IMG/VR virus record: IMGVR_UViG_3300032050_000002
Direction: 5' to 3' (one strand)
DNA: 64,000 nt
Source: a virus
Taxonomy: Duplodnaviria > Caudoviricetes
The translations under genes and the position numbers were made by a program. Shown here piece by piece: positions 31,801 to 44,147 of this stretch (positions are counted from its first letter, which is position 1; each line of letters begins with the position of its first letter). The notes under the pieces are model-generated. The model did not search any database. It saw nothing but the letters and a program-made list of their open reading frames with translations, and had not been told where the DNA came from.

Positions 31801-32761
31801 ATATAAAAATATTATTATGAAAAAAGTTATAAGATTAACGGAAAGGGATTTAATGAAGCTTGTAAAAAAGGTTATTAAAGAATCAGAAAAAGAAACTGAA
31901 TTAGATTCAGATTTCTATGATAATGAATTAAATGATGAAAAGGTTATTAATAGTGTTAAATGGTATTTGAAGGACGTTGAAGGTGTTAATCTTCGAGGAG
32001 ATGAAACTGATGATGAACTTATTAATATGTATACTAATTTGAGATATAATAGAAAATAATAATACTTTAAACAACCATTATATTAGAAGGGTCTAAAACT
32101 GAAAAAAAAATCTGGAAAAAATTTTATAAAATTCAATATATTTATATATAAAAAATACATTATGAAAAAAACTATACGATTAACAGAATCAGATTTGATT
32201 CGACTCGTTAAACGAGTTGTTAATGAACGAGAAGAAGGTGAGAATATGATTCGTATCCCAAAAGAATATGGTGGAGTTGTAATGGAACTTGGGAAATCCT
32301 CAACACCTGAAGAAATTATGGACAGTTATAATACAATGGTTGAGGAAGGAACCCCACTTGTAAGTTATTCTGATGGTGTATTCTATAATCAGAATGATGA
32401 AGAGATTTCTGTGGATGTGGTACTTGATGAATTGAATTATTCAATTACAGGTGGTGAGGAAGATGATGATACGATAGGACCCTCACCTAAAAGAAAAAGA
32501 TTTGGTGATGGAGGTGAATCCGAGTTTTTCTTAACGGATAATATTATATTTAAACGTTTTAACGGTAGATTGGGTTTCTTCTACCAACCATCAAAAAATG
32601 GTGGAGGTATTAGTTTATCAGACGAACAAAAGGAAATGTTAATTAATTTTTTATCTAAATAAAAAATATTGAGCCCCTCTCAATAAAAGAATTGTTAAAA
32701 CGACCCCATCTTATTTTAGGTGGGGTTTTTTATTTTAAAAAAAAATTATTATCTTTGTGGT

Positions 32762-33226
32762 ATGATTTCGGATAAATTAAAACAGGTTATCTTTAAGGAG
32801 TTATATTATCAACTTGGTAAGGTTGAGATTATTCCTTATCAAGATAGTATATTTTTTATCCATAGGGAAAATAAGTATTGGTATTTTGAATTTGAAAAGT
32901 GTGGAAGGTTATGGTGGAGATACGATTTCTTTAATGATTTTTTTAAGATATTTTCTTTAAGTATTGAGGACTATACAAAGATTATTTCTGAATGGGTGGA
33001 AGAGGTATTAAATCATAAGGTATCTACAACGCAGGTTGCGACTTCAATTGGAATCGAAGAGGCGGAAGAGGTATTAAATTGTAAGGTATCTACAACTAAT
33101 TCATACTTCACTCACTCTATTGAAAAGGTGGAAGAAGTATTAAATCATAAGGTATCTACAACTTCAATGTTTGAAATTGATGATGATAATAGTGTGGAAG
33201 AGATATTATCACATACTAATAAATAA
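32762..33226 (+). CDS. MISDKLK-family paralogue containing a repeat-spacer array
   Basis: TATCTTTG 32750-32757, ATG 32762. Confidence 0.7.
   Translation: MISDKLKQVIFKELYYQLGKVEIIPYQDSIFFIHRENKYWYFEFEKCGRLWWRYDFFNDFFKIFSLSIEDYTKIISEWVEEVLNHKVSTTQVATSIGIEEAEEVLNCKVSTTNSYFTHSIEKVEEVLNHKVSTTSMFEIDDDNSVEEILSHTNK
32995..33226 (+). repeat. CRISPR-like array, 3 x 36-nt repeats + degenerate 4th, 30-nt spacers, in frame
   Basis: Repeats at 32995, 33061, 33127, 33193(deg.): GGTGGAAGAGGTATTAAATYRTAAGGTATCTACAAC. Confidence 0.8.
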
Positions 33227-33234
33227 ATTTAAAG

Positions 33235-33756
33235 ATGGTATCGGATAAGTTAAAACAAATTATCTTTAATGAGTTATATACACAACTAAAGGATGTTGAG
33301 ATTATTCCTTATAATGGGAGCGTATGGTTTATTAATAGAGATGAGAAGTATTGGTATCTTGAATTAAATCCTAATAATCATTTATGGTGGAGGTATTCTT
33401 TCTTTGTGGATTTTTTTCATTTGTTTTCCCTTGAGATTAAAGAATATGAACCCCTTATTAGAGAATGGACCGAAAATATATTAAATCATAAGATATCTAA
33501 AATCACAATAGGTCATTATGGGTGCAGACAATTGCTCGAACAGATGTTAGATTGTAATATTGAAAGCTCCAATCATTCTGAATATAATATTGAGTTTGTT
33601 TCTAATTATAATATCCTAACAACTGGTGGAAATGGTTTTCACTATGATAAACTATTTGATAATGTTTTGGAAACCACTAAGATTGAAAGTTCTTCTTTCG
33701 CTAAGGTTACCCTTACCAAAAATATCGATATTATCTTAAATCAACCGGATGTATAG
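33235..33756 (+). CDS. MISDKLK-family paralogue (decayed repeats)
   Basis: MVSDKLKQIIFNELY...LWWRY. Confidence 0.65.
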   Translation: MVSDKLKQIIFNELYTQLKDVEIIPYNGSVWFINRDEKYWYLELNPNNHLWWRYSFFVDFFHLFSLEIKEYEPLIREWTENILNHKISKITIGHYGCRQLLEQMLDCNIESSNHSEYNIEFVSNYNILTTGGNGFHYDKLFDNVLETTKIESSSFAKVTLTKNIDIILNQPDV

Positions 33757-34960
33757 ACCGACCCGTCCGAACTCACTTCGTTCGTGGTTCAATCCCCCCG
33801 CCCCCTTTTTTTGCTTAATGATATATTTATTGTTATGAAATTTATAATAACGGAATCACAAGATGAAATGCTTAAGTTGGAAAGACAGTCCGATATTTTG
33901 TATAAATTATTTGAAATGATGTATCCTGACAATTATGATGTGGTGAGAGAATCATCTCGTTATGGTGATGAAACTGAAGTATATTCTAATGAAGAACGTG
34001 ACCAATTATTATTTTATTATAAATGGAGAAATAAAGAGTTTTATATTGGGACTACTTTTATTCAAGAGTTGTATGATATAACCCATCTTGATTTTTTAAA
34101 TCCTGGGTTATTAGAAACAGGGTCACCTGAAAGAGAAGAGTTTGATAATATGATTAAGGTTTTTGCCAAAATACATTATGGGTGGACCGTAAATAAAGTT
34201 TGGCTTCATTGGTATTAAAATATATTTATATTATATGAATCTTGGTGAATTATCAAACGCTCTTGAAAAATTATATAACTCAGTTGGTAACAAATATCTA
34301 ACGAGTAACTTTATTACCGAACCTTTTGAGTTCAAGGTTAATGTTATATATGATAGGGATAATGATATGTATGATTATATTATTAAAGTTTATAGCAATC
34401 CCGATATCCCCGAAGAATTTTTTTATAAACCCGAAGTCAAAGAAGAAAAGAACACAGATGGAATTCATATTTCAGTTTTGAAAAGTAAATTCAAAGAGTT
34501 AATACAATATGTTGAACCGAATTCCAAAAGATACTATGGGATTGAATTTATGAATAAGAAAAAGAAATGAAATTTATAATATCCGAACATAGACTAGACA
34601 AATTAATATATTCATTTATTGATGAACATGTTAAAGATATGTTTAATAGAACACTTCCAGATAGTTTTATTGTATATAGTAAAAATACCGAAAATGAGTT
34701 TGATGATGATTTCGTTAAATTGGAATATGATAACTTTGACGGTAGATTATATATTGAAGACGGTTTTATAGGATTAATTTCTGATATGTTTGGTCTTCAT
34801 CCTACTGAAGCAATGGTTAAAATTCACGATTGGTTTGAGGACTATGAAGGAATTAGAGCTAAGTATTTAGAAGGTTGGTATAACGGTAAAAAGCACAAAA
34901 TTGATATGGAATAACTTACCATACTTTACACATTCCTTTTTTTATCCTATAATTCTTCTT

Positions 34961-35317
34961 ATGAAAAAATATCTTACACTTAAAAACTTGGGATGGTTAT
35001 TGACCATACTTGTTTCCGTTATGTTGGGAAGTTCTGCCCTGTCCAAATTACTTGGTACAAAAGAAATGATTGACAATTTTACATTTATGAATCTTCTACC
35101 CTATCTTGATTTATTAGGTATGGTTGAACTTGCTGGTGTAATTATGTTTATCGTTCCAAAAACATCTAAGTACGGTACGGTTCTATTATCTTCTTATTTA
35201 TCAGGAGCGGTTGCAATTCATCTTGCTATGATGGGAGGACAAGGAATTTTTATTCCGTTCTTATTGGGAGTTGTTGTATGGACGGGACATTGTCTTAGAA
35301 CTTATACTAAAGACTAA
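34961..35317 (+). CDS. DoxX-family membrane protein
   Basis: SALSKL.G..EM...F...LG.VEL.G...P.T...G..LL..YL.GAVA.HL pattern. Confidence 0.7.
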   Translation: MKKYLTLKNLGWLLTILVSVMLGSSALSKLLGTKEMIDNFTFMNLLPYLDLLGMVELAGVIMFIVPKTSKYGTVLLSSYLSGAVAIHLAMMGGQGIFIPFLLGVVVWTGHCLRTYTKD

Positions 35318-37258
35318 CGATTAAACCAGTTAATTTTAAAACCCATATATTTTTTATGGGTTTTTTTATTTTACAATATATTTATATAAAAAAAAATTGT
35401 GAAACACTTATTAAATAATTTATCCGAAGAGGAAAAAAATAGAATTAGAGAACAACACGAAGGTGGAATGAAAGTTAATACCGAAAAGTTTAAATCTTTA
35501 TTAGAGTCAAAACTTGGAAATGCAAAACCATTGTTATCTGAGGCGGCCATCGAGTCTGAAATGGGTTCACTCCTCAATCAAGTAAAATCGATGGAAAAAA
35601 GTACACCTATTGGAGGATTATTATCAGTTCAAGCTTCAGGTGATAAAATTACCGCAAAACCTAAAAACAGTACAAATCCACCTTTAAGTATCGCATTATC
35701 TAGTCCTGAATTACCATCTTTAAGAATGGCGGGAGTTAAACAATATGGTGATACTATTTTCATAAATGCTAAAATTAAATTAAGAGATATTGGAAATATG
35801 GGATTAGTTGCTATTACTAAATTAGGTAGTATTACTATTGATATTTATGACGCAACAGGAAAAGTTAGATATACTGGTGAACAGTCTGAAGACGAAATAG
35901 GGTGGACAGGTTTAAGTGATAGTCAAGCAAAAAAGTTAGGATATAAAGACAGCGATGATATTATTTTAGGATTATATCTTGGTTTAGGCGCTGGAGGGGT
36001 TACTAGAATTTTAGATGCGTTACAAAAAGTACAATACAAACCGGGCGTTGTAAGTTCAATTAAAATACCTGTGGTTGGAAAAACAATTAATATTTCAAGA
36101 GTTTAATTATGAAAAAATTTATTATAACTGAAGAAGAAAAAAATAACATTTTAAAAATGCACAAAAAACATATCTTAAAAGAACAAGGAGATATGTTTGA
36201 CAAATATTTGGATATTGTATCTGATAAATTTGGAGGAGAAATATGTGACCCATCAAATAAAAATAATAAATATAAATTTGATGAAGACGTTAAGAATTTT
36301 CAAAAAGCGATTAACATAAAATATCCGGATACCAAAATGAAAGAAGATGGTATTTTAAATGCCGATGTTATAGAATATCTTTGTTATAGTGCAAATTAGC
36401 CCCACCAATGATAGTATCGTTGGTCCGACCTCATCTTAATTGATGAGGTTTTTTATTTTTATTATATTTATAACTATGAAAGTAATCATAAAAGAATCTC
36501 GATTAAAAACTTATTTAGATAAGGTACATAATTTTGATTTAACAGGTAAAGTTAAATTGATTACGTCTTATGACGATATGCCGGATGTGTTTAAAGGATA
36601 TATAACCGAAAAAATGTATAATCACGTTACGGAAAGAATTAAAGAACCTTTTTTTGCACTTAAACTTAAAGATAAAATATTGGATGGTGTGTATTTATAC
36701 CGACACGGTAAGAAAACAAACACAACTTTAGTTATGGACGCTTATGGTTTTTTAGGAGATGAAGAAACTATTATGGATAAAATCAATTACCCGATAGGTC
36801 TTGGAATTGAACTTGATGAATTATTTATGTTGTATGTATAATTTTTTAAATTCTAAATATATTTATATATAAATAAAATTAATAAAAAAAAATAATGGCA
36901 AAAAGAGTAATAAAATTAACTGAGTCGGATTTAATGAGACTTGTTAAGAAAGTAGTTAGTGAACAATCAACGTATACAAATCAAAGTGACCCAACTTTAG
37001 ATAAAGTATTAATGAGACTTAAAAATATGGGGTATGCGGTTAATACAAATACAAAAAATTTTCCTAAAGACGGTGAAACTTTAGACACCTACGTAATTTT
37101 TGAAAAAGAAGGTGAAGATGGTAAGTTTCATAGAGTTACTTATGAAGTTTATCCGGCTGGTGATTCAGGTGTTACATCTAAATAAAATTAAACCTATCAT
37201 TCATAATATTTTCTGAAAAACCCCTCCAAATGAGGGGTTTTTTATTTTCTAAAATATT

Positions 37259-37290
37259 TTTGGCAGATTCACAAAAAGTCCTTATCTTTG
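37259..37290 (+). promoter_or_regulatory. Bacteroidota-type promoter TTTG-N20-TATCTTTG
   Basis: TATCTTTG 37283-37290, ATG 37295. Confidence 0.8.
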
Positions 37291-37294
37291 TATT

Positions 37295-37429
37295 ATGAAA
37301 ATGAATGATATATTTGATGAAGGATTTGATTCCTTCTTTGATGGTGAAAGTGAGAACCCATACTCTATTGGTGATATTAGATATAAGGTTTGGGAATTAG
37401 GATATAATAACGCAAAATCAGGAAACTGA
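37295..37429 (+). CDS. 44-aa microprotein with ribosome-modulation-factor-like motif (not in ORF track)
   Basis: MKMNDIFDEGFDSFFDGESENPYSIGDIRYKVWELGYNNAKSGN*: G(F/Y)..G...PY.....W..G(Y/W) spacing. Confidence 0.45.
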   Translation: MKMNDIFDEGFDSFFDGESENPYSIGDIRYKVWELGYNNAKSGN

Positions 37430-37431
37430 GA

Positions 37432-37533
37432 GAATTAAGTAGTGAATAGTCGGACTTTCTAGAGGTCAAAGCCGAAATGGATATGGTGCCCGAGACGGGT
37501 TCACGTTGTGGGTTCGAATCCCACCTTAATTCC
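37432..37533 (+). ncRNA. Non-canonical tRNA-like RNA
   Basis: GAATTAAG/CTTAATTC acceptor-like stem, perfect T-arm GTGGG-TTCGAAT-CCCAC, no canonical D or anticodon arm. Confidence 0.55.
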
Positions 37534-37549
37534 AACAAATTTAAAACAA

Positions 37550-37774
37550 ATGAAAACATACACAGAAACAACATTAAGTGACTTCCAAGCGTGGAGTGGA
37601 GGTAAAGACACACAAGAAATTATTTTAGAACACGGTAAAGAAAAAGATTTTGACTATCTTATGGAAGAACTATATCCTGATGGTCTTAGTGAAACTCAAC
37701 TTAACGATATCCTTTGGTTTGAATCGGATTGGTTATTTGAAAATTTAGGGATTAATTTAGACGAAGAAGAATAA
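37550..37774 (+). CDS. Hypothetical phage protein (true start 37550)
   Basis: FQAWSGG...EELYPDG.SETQLNDILWF. Confidence 0.6.
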   Translation: MKTYTETTLSDFQAWSGGKDTQEIILEHGKEKDFDYLMEELYPDGLSETQLNDILWFESDWLFENLGINLDEEE

Positions 37775-38772
37775 TAATTTAAAAACAAAAACTATGACAA
37801 TTGAACAAATTAAAACAGAAATGAACTCATTAATGGAAAAAGTATCACAGTTAGAAAAAAATAATGCAAATGTTGCATTAACGCAAGAACAATTAACTAA
37901 GATAGTTAAAACAGTGGTTGAGGACACGACAAGGGAAATTAGAGATAATATTAGAGGAAACATTGATTTCATTGATGATTACGTTGAGTTAAGTATGGAT
38001 AACAGAGAAGTGTATGTTGATGTTAATCAACGTTCAATTGAAGATGAGATTGTGTCTATGGTTGACGCTAATGGTCTTACTCACGCTATGGATGATGAAC
38101 TATTAGAAGACTATGTTGCCAATTTAATCTTGAGAGTTACTCTATGACAAATAAGGAAGTTGAAAAAATAAGATTGGAGGCTTTACTCGGTAGTGTTGAA
38201 AAATACCTCAACTTTATGGTTGAGTTCAGTAAGAAACCTGATTACCGAGGAGATTTAAGTGAAGAGATTAAAAGACTTAAAGATGAATCCGACTCAATTA
38301 AAGATAGGTTAATGGAATTAACCCCACTGTAAAAAAGTGGGGTTTTGATGTATTTATATGTATGAAAAAACTATCAGATAACGAAAAGATAGAGAGAATG
38401 GTTAAAATAATGACCGATTACTTTAATGTTAATAATAAGGTAAAAGGTGATTATGCCGATTGGGATGATAATGGGATAATTTATACATTCAAATTTGTTC
38501 CTGTAGAAATGGTAGTTAATAAAAACTTAGGAGAGTTTTATACAACAGAAAACTGCGAGTTTGAGGGACATATAAAATTAAGAGTTACTGATATACAAGT
38601 TAGTGATTATGATGAATCAGATTGGGAACAAATGAATTATGAGGATGATTTACCTGAATTTGTTTGGGAAGGTGAACTTGAAAACATTGAGGATGAATTG
38701 TATCAATATTTACCTCAAATATGTTTAAGAGCAAAATTTGTCTTTAACGATTAAATACTATATTTATACTAG

Positions 38773-39939
38773 ATGAGAGAATTAATAAGACAAGTATTAA
38801 GAGAGGCTTTAGGTGTACCATCAGGTTCTATTGAATCTGGTGAAATATTATATGACTTAATATTAAAAAAATTAAAAGTCCTTCCAATAGATTTGGATGA
38901 GGATTCCACTTTTAATATGAGAACAAATTTTAGTATATCAGATTATAAAATTAAAAAAGTTATATTAAATATTACTTTTCATAAAGACAATGCAATTCCT
39001 GATGTTCATTACTATTCTATGGGTTTTAAATCTGTATCAAGATATGACCCAACAAGAAGACCAAGATTAATTAATATTATCCAACCAAATACAATTGACG
39101 TAATGATTAATTTTGCCGGACCTGAAGATACTCAAAGAAAAGATTTAATAAACTATTTTAAAAGTGATAAGACAGATATTGTAAGTTCTTTAAGTCACGA
39201 ACTTGGACACGCATATAATATCTATAAGAAAAAATTTACAGGTATTGGCTCACAAGCAGAATATAATGCTTATCAAAAAATTTCATTTCCTTTTTATGAA
39301 ATTAGACAATTTATGTTTAATCTTTATTACATTCATTCTGTTGAAAATATTGTAAGACCTATTGAAGTTGCATCACTTATGAGAAGTAGTAATGTGAATA
39401 GAGAAAATTTTTACGATTTTATTACCAATAATAAAACATATGCCAAACTAAAAGAGATTGGTAATTTTTCGGTGGATAAAATGATTGAGAGTCTTAAATT
39501 AGAATCCGATAAGATTAGAGAGTTTTTAGACCATATTGGAGTTGATACTGATAATTTAGAAACTGATGATGAATTAGTTAATGAGCTATTAAGAATTGTC
39601 TATGTTAATATTGCCAACAATAAGGTTGAGATTGCAAAACAAATGATGACGACAAATGCTTTTGAAGATTTAATGGGATTTATGGGAAGTAAGGAAGAAT
39701 TTTTTCATAAGTTAGCATCTGGATTTGTTAAATATCAAGAAAGGCCAATCGATTTCTTTAGAAGAGAAGAAAGAAACTTTAAAACAATTTCAGAAAAAAT
39801 GATAAAGAAAATTTCCAAATTATATGATATGGCAAAAGTAGACAGCTCCTCAATTAAAGATTGGGATTTACATCATAAAATAAATAAAACCGGGGAACAG
39901 TTTGAAACCGAGATTAAGTTTAAAAGAAAATTAAGATGA
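38773..39939 (+). CDS. Leader-bearing HExxH zincin-like protein
   Basis: MRELIRQVLRE; LSHELGHAY; TATTTAT 38761. Confidence 0.55.
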   Translation: MRELIRQVLREALGVPSGSIESGEILYDLILKKLKVLPIDLDEDSTFNMRTNFSISDYKIKKVILNITFHKDNAIPDVHYYSMGFKSVSRYDPTRRPRLINIIQPNTIDVMINFAGPEDTQRKDLINYFKSDKTDIVSSLSHELGHAYNIYKKKFTGIGSQAEYNAYQKISFPFYEIRQFMFNLYYIHSVENIVRPIEVASLMRSSNVNRENFYDFITNNKTYAKLKEIGNFSVDKMIESLKLESDKIREFLDHIGVDTDNLETDDELVNELLRIVYVNIANNKVEIAKQMMTTNAFEDLMGFMGSKEEFFHKLASGFVKYQERPIDFFRREERNFKTISEKMIKKISKLYDMAKVDSSSIKDWDLHHKINKTGEQFETEIKFKRKLR

Positions 39940-41331
39940 AAATAATAATATCCGAAGACCAAAGAATTAGATTATTATATGAACAAGGTTCATTTGACAA
40001 ATTTGATAAAATATTTTCAAGCTCAGACTCCGCGGAAACGTTTAATCAAAGTCAAAAAGAAATGTGGACTAAACTTAGAAATTTAAATCCTTCGGCATTC
40101 GATTTCGCGGTTCAAATTGGTCTATGGTTTGTTCCTTTTGTTGGACCATACCTATCAGCGACTTATGGCACGGTACAAGGTGTTAATACTTTACAAGATG
40201 GTTATAAAAATAAAGACAATAACAAAATAACTGCAGGAATTATTGAGATTATAACAGGTCCTTTATTTTTGGCTAGAGCAGTTAAAGCACTTAAAGCGCT
40301 TGGAGCAACTGACGAAATTTTATCAGTTTTAACAAAAATAAATAAATTAGGTATTCCTATTTTAATAAGTAAAGGTAAAGAAACTTTTTTAAAATGGGTT
40401 GCCACTAATTTTCCTAAAGAACAAAAATTTATTTCTGATTTAATTAATAATAAAAAAACTCTAAATCAAATAATATTTTCAAAATAATTATGAAAAAAAT
40501 AAGATTAACGGAAGAAGAACTAACAAGAATTGTTAAAAGAACTCTAATTGAAATGGAGGACGGTTCACAAGATTTTAATGAAGTTATTAAATGTATTAAT
40601 GATTATTTTAAATTTAAAGCAAGAGACCTTTCTAAAGAAAAAATACTTGAGAGAATTAATAGTTTAAAGTTTGAACTTAGATTATTAGAAAATGAATATG
40701 GGATTAAAAAATCCACATCAAGAAGACCATTCAAATAATTATACCCCCAACTATACAGGGGGTTTTTTATTTAAAATAAATTTATTAATTTTGTAATGTA
40801 TGATAAAAAAGGAAACTATGAATCAAACAACAGAAAACAATAAAACAAAAGAAGAAAAAATTGAAATAACAAATACTGAAGATAAGACTTTATTAGAGAA
40901 ACTTCAGTTACGACTTGAGAAAATTAAAAAAATTATAAAACCATAGGTTTCATAATTGAAGATATTTATATTTAATGAAATTTATTATTAAAGAATCTCA
41001 GCAAAATTTTATCTGGTTATTAAGAAGACTTAATGAGGAAGATATTAAAGAACACTTACGAGAAATTATTGTTGAGGGGTTTGATTATGACAAACCTTGT
41101 GATTATACTTACGATAACGGATTTAATGATTGGGTCACCTCAATTATCGAAGGTTCGGTAGATACTTTCATATATTCTTATGATGATAAATTTAAATCTA
41201 ACGAAGGGGTGGAAGAACTTAGAAAGTTTTTAATAGACTACGTTAGAAGGGGATATGGTAGAAGTTTAAAAAAATACTACACAGAAGAAATTGAGGATAA
41301 TGAATGTGGTTAACCTAATATTTATATTGAT

Positions 41332-42093
41332 ATGAAAAAAGTTTTAAAATTAAGTGAGAATGAACTTATTAACGTATTGAAGAATATAGTTACTGAGGCA
41401 AGATATTCTCCAACCGCAAATATATTAAGAGGTAACATTAGAAAATCAATTAAAACAATTGCTATTCTAACGGCAGAAAATCCAAAAGGTGTTGAGGCTA
41501 GTAAGGAATATAATGAAGTAGCAAATGAAAAATTAAAAGATGTTTTAAGAGCAGGTAGATTTGGTTATAGACCTGTTGACGGTTCTTACGGTACTAAAGA
41601 AAATTCTTTTATCATTAATAACATATCTTTGGATGATGCTATTAATATTGGCAAGAAATTCAAACAGGACACAATTGTATTTGGTGAGGTTGTTGGTGGT
41701 GATGACGAAAAATCATTTATGACTTTTAAGATGGTTGGTACCGACCCCGATAAACCAAAAGAATATCGTAAAATAGTTGCGGTAAGTGATGTGTTTATTA
41801 ATAGAAAAGATGCCGAAGATTTCTATTCTGAAATTGGTGGAAGAAAATTTGTATTACCTTTCTATGGAACAATAGATAAATTTGTTGGAGAAGATGACAA
41901 AGTTTATAAAATAGAAAAAGATTATTCAAGAACAAAGTGGGAAGGTGGTAAAGCCGAACCTACGGATATTAAAATAAGTCCTGATGAAGACGAATTAAAT
42001 GAACTACAGGAAAGGGCAATTCGTACTTGTTGTTCTACCTCATACAATTTAAGAGGAAGAATTGATAAGATAATTAAAGAATCTTATAAATAA
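41332..42093 (+). CDS. Leader-bearing protein, DUF3293-like
   Basis: ILTAENP...N..L...GSYG..ENSF. Confidence 0.45.
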   Translation: MKKVLKLSENELINVLKNIVTEARYSPTANILRGNIRKSIKTIAILTAENPKGVEASKEYNEVANEKLKDVLRAGRFGYRPVDGSYGTKENSFIINNISLDDAINIGKKFKQDTIVFGEVVGGDDEKSFMTFKMVGTDPDKPKEYRKIVAVSDVFINRKDAEDFYSEIGGRKFVLPFYGTIDKFVGEDDKVYKIEKDYSRTKWEGGKAEPTDIKISPDEDELNELQERAIRTCCSTSYNLRGRIDKIIKESYK

Positions 42094-44003
42094 CAGTATT
42101 TATTTAAATGAGGTTATTAAATGAAATAGAAAGGATTAAAAATATCATGGGGATTATCTCCGAGCAAGAAATCCGGTCACAAACAAATACAGAATTAAAT
42201 AATCCTAAAAATGAAGAAGAGTTTATCAATTTAGTAAAATCTAAAGGGTTTCAGAAAATAGATAGTTCAAATTTTGAAAGTTCAGAAGCTAATAAATTTT
42301 GGACATCAAGCACTAAGGTAAATGTGAATGATTTTCAATGGTTATATATAAATTTTGATACAAAAGTTTACGTTTATAAATTTAAAAAATCACCTTCAAT
42401 TAAGTTTGGACAAAGAGCTTATTTTTCACCAAAAGAAAATAAAGATTATCCTGCTATAGGATATTTAATAGAATCATTCCCTATTCAAGATTGGCAAAAA
42501 CAAAAAATATCTGAATTAATAATTGATAAGGAAAAGTTGGACTTAGGATATGATTTGGATTCTGTTGTTAGAAGAATTGATAGTTCTAGACAAATTTGGG
42601 GACCTGGAGATATTACAAATGAAAACGGTCAATATTTTTATAAGGGAAAACCTCTTAATCAAGATTATGTTAAATCTTATATAACCGGCACTAAATTTAA
42701 TGTTAATGAAATACCTAATTTAATTAATAGTTTATCACCTGAAGATTTGAATAAACCGATAACGAGCCAAAATGGTGAAAAATTTGACACTATAAATGAT
42801 TATTTTAATCAGTTTAAAAAAGAAGCTCAGGATTTAAAATTTATTGCTTAATGACCAAAGAACAGAGATTAGAAAATGTTATTAAAAAAACCGCATTAAG
42901 TATTCTAAAAGAAAAAGAAGGTTTACCTGAAAATTTTAGTGATGTTGCGGTTAATGTTTATCCATCAAAATATGGTCTTGGGGCTAAGATATCGATTCTA
43001 ATGAAAGAACCTTTTACTGAAGAAGAATCTGATTTTTTTGATGTAGTAGTATATGAAATAAAACAAGTCATTAGTAAAGTTTTTAAAGATACCCTAACTT
43101 ATGGAGTCTCCTCCTCAATTTCAACTATGGATAACTACGAAAAAGTAGATAAACCATATTATGAAAAATTATGGGTCAGGTTCAAAAGTTCTAATTTATC
43201 TGAAAATAAAAAACCTAAAAATGTTTTAATTACAGAAAATCAATTAAAAACATTGATTAGACATTCCAAAAATGAAAACAGAAATAACTAATAAACAATT
43301 AGAAGTTATAAAAACTAACATTCAAGAGGTTATTAATGGCTCATTGGATGCTATTAGGAAAGAATCTGAAGAATGGGGTTTGGGAGAAATGGATGAAATT
43401 AATGAACTGGAATCTATTGATAAAATCGTAATTGATAGAGTTGTTCCTTATGTTGGATTAACAGTTTATGTAAAACTATATATTAATAACGAACGTGATG
43501 AATTTGATAATATTTTATCAGAATTAAATTACAGGGTTCAAAAATGGTTACCTAACGTAATAATTTTTATAGATTCTATTATTTAGAGATATTTATAAAA
43601 AAAAATAATATGAAGAAAGTTGTAAAAATAACCGAACAGGATTTGGTTAATATAGTTAGAAAAACAATCCAAGAACAAGAAGTGGAAGAAGGTCTGTTTG
43701 ACGGAGTTAAAGATGCTTACCAAGGACTTAAAGGAGTTTGGAGAGGGGAAGGATATGACTATTACAAATATACAAGTTCTATTAGAAATATTGCAAAAAA
43801 ATTAAAAAAACTTGATGAGCCAAATCATAAAACTATGATTGAATTAAACTCATTAAAAAGTAAGGTTGGTGCATCTAAAATGGACCCCACAAAAAAACAA
43901 AATTTAGTCGATACTATTGACAATGCAATACGATATTTTAACGCTTATGCAGGTCTTATTGATAGGATAGACCAAATCGCTAGCACTAAATTAGCCTAAT
44001 AAT

Positions 44004-44129
44004 ATGGATATAATATTCCTACAAAAAAGATTGGAGTATCTTGTTAAAAACGAGGAGTATGAAATTGCTACAAGAATAAAAAAATGGATTGATGAGCTAA
44101 AAACAAAATACGAGACACAATACAATTAA
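44004..44129 (+). CDS. 41-aa UVR (UvrB/UvrC motif) microprotein (not in ORF track)
   Basis: LEYLVKNEEYEIATRIKKWI. Confidence 0.5.
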   Translation: MDIIFLQKRLEYLVKNEEYEIATRIKKWIDELKTKYETQYN

Positions 44130-44147
44130 TAGAGATATTTATATATT

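Noticed and set aside
27266-33226. Calling the arrays bona fide CRISPR loci
   Set aside because: No cas genes or leader are visible and the arrays are in frame in genes, so they are kept as repeats and findings.
37453-37467. GACT-TTCTAGA-GGTC could be an amber-suppressor (CUA) anticodon arm
   Set aside because: Only about 10 nt separate it from the acceptor, so there is no room for a D arm, and a competing longer helix exists. ORFs are intact under code 11, so there is no sign of TAG recoding.
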